Below, in pieces: positions 63,560-64,000 of a stretch of 64,000 nt of DNA. The notes beneath the pieces were generated by a model. That model saw only the letters and a program-made list of their open reading frames with translations. It was not told the origin of the DNA and ran no database searches. The DNA is from Heterodontus francisci. Taxonomy: Eukaryota. The position numbers and the translations under genes are program-made. The first letter of the stretch is position 1. Each line of letters starts with the position of its first letter. Where the stretch lies: NCBI RefSeq assembly GCF_036365525.1, contig NC_090399.1, positions 32,830,430 through 32,894,429 of the forward strand, written 5' to 3'.

Positions 63560-63717
63560 GTGTGAGTGGGCAGGTCTCCCAGTGGGAGTGGGTCTGATTT
63601 GTCTTTGTGTGGGTGGATGGGCAAACTTTCCCAATGGGACTAGCTCTGATTGGCTGCATGTGGGTGTGGTCTCCCAATGGGACTGGGTCTGATTGGCTCT
63701 GTGTGTCTGATTGACAG
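63560..63717. repeat. ~45-50-bp tandem repeat ending at the alpha2 acceptor
   Basis: Three copies of gtctcccaatgggactgggtctgattggct..gtg. Confidence 0.7.
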
Positions 63718-63990
63718 GGATCCACACATACCAGCTGATGACTGGCTGTGACCTGCGGGACGATGGGACCAGCACTGGATTCAACCAGTATGGCTGGGAT
63801 GGGCAAGACTACCTCAGCTTTGACAAGGATCACATGGTGTGGGTGACACCGGTCCCATGGGGGCAAATCATCCGAAACATATGGAACCAGGACACAGGTG
63901 ACAACCTGCGGTGGAAGAATTACCTGGAGGAGGAGTGTATTGATTGGTTGAGGAAATACCTGCAGTATGGACAGCGAGAATTGAGATTCG
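63718..63990 (+). CDS. MHC class I heavy chain, exon 3 (alpha2 domain); gene continues beyond the window
   Basis: Acceptor gattgacag|, donor G|GTGAGT at 63991. Translates (G)IHTYQLMTGCDLRDDG...YGWDGQDYLSFD...WKNYLEEECIDWLRKYLQYG, with the C101-C164 pair, W147, Y159 and Y171. Confidence 0.95.
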
Positions 63991-64000
63991 GTGAGTGAGT

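Overview
Repeat-dense vertebrate genomic DNA, most likely from a shark or other cartilaginous fish (inferred from an HE1/V-SINE-like SINE, CR1, RTE, Penelope-like and Gmr1-like Gypsy elements, a GPR139-like receptor and a shark-type MHC class I sequence). Two host genes are visible. (1) A + strand MHC class I heavy-chain gene: leader exon 37354-37402, alpha1 exon 49071-49331, alpha2 exon 63718-63990. All junctions are GT-AG phase 1 and the exons splice into one open frame; alpha3/TM lie beyond the window. It lacks several peptide-anchor residues (Y59A, E63K, T143I, K146I), so it looks non-classical, yet it has an X1-X2-Y promoter module with canonical 20-bp spacing. (2) A - strand GPR139-like rhodopsin-family GPCR exon (16626-14735), intact except for a ~1-kb CR1 insertion in TM6. 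The rest is nested retroelements and minisatellites. Notable structures inside the MHC introns: an inverted Penelope-like element carrying minimal hammerhead ribozyme motifs (U4C variant), minisatellites at or beside each visible splice junction of introns 1 and 2, and two candidate in-frame 30-nt microexons derived from a CR1 5' repeat. All calls were made by eye; no database search was possible.
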